Positions 63,999-64,000 of a stretch of DNA of 64,000 nucleotides are shown here, one piece after another. Source of the stretch: an uncultured Gemmatimonadales bacterium. Lineage in GTDB: Bacteria > Gemmatimonadota > Gemmatimonadetes > Gemmatimonadales > Gemmatimonadaceae. Position 1 is the stretch's first letter. The number at the start of each line of letters is the position of its first letter. A program made the translations under genes and the position numbers. A model generated the notes under the pieces. That model saw only the letters and a list, made by a program, of their open reading frames with translations. It was not told the DNA's origin and did no database searches. The stretch spans positions 3,136,001 to 3,200,000 of the forward strand of contig CAWKMU010000003.1 in the NCBI GenBank assembly GCA_963850905.1, read 5' to 3'.

Positions 63999-64000
63999 AG

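Overview
High-GC bacterial chromosomal segment, most likely Gemmatimonadota (16S signatures, PadR plus ADOP-type ABC permease pairs, Ser/Thr kinase-TPR protein). From left to right: a sulfatase cluster (HAD hydrolase, arylsulfatase, FGE, DUF2252, BamA/TamA-like barrel) followed by an unusual three-gene cassette bracketed by a 30-bp direct repeat (zinc-ribbon/discoidin/squalene-cyclase-like/OmpA protein, zinc-ribbon/transglutaminase-like protein, secreted protein with an Hcp-like segment). Next come a second sulfatase, an FKBP, a PadR-permease pair, and a selenocysteine formate dehydrogenase operon (in-frame UGA plus SECIS, with the Fe-S part of the alpha subunit split off and placed downstream). 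These are followed by LytS/LytTR, an orphan IorB-like molybdoenzyme, a NiCoT/KdpDE-like/CzcCBA-like metal module, gpmA, three tRNAs, accessory genes and a third sulfatase. A full rRNA operon follows. Its 23S gene carries two group I introns: a 692-nt intron at L1923 encoding an intact I-CeuI-like LAGLIDADG homing endonuclease, and a 312-nt ORF-less intron at L2593 (the I-CreI site). The window ends with an epoxide hydrolase and a kinase, each bounded by repeated hairpins. Four +1 frameshifts in short homopolymers look like sequencing errors. All calls were made by eye; no searches were run.
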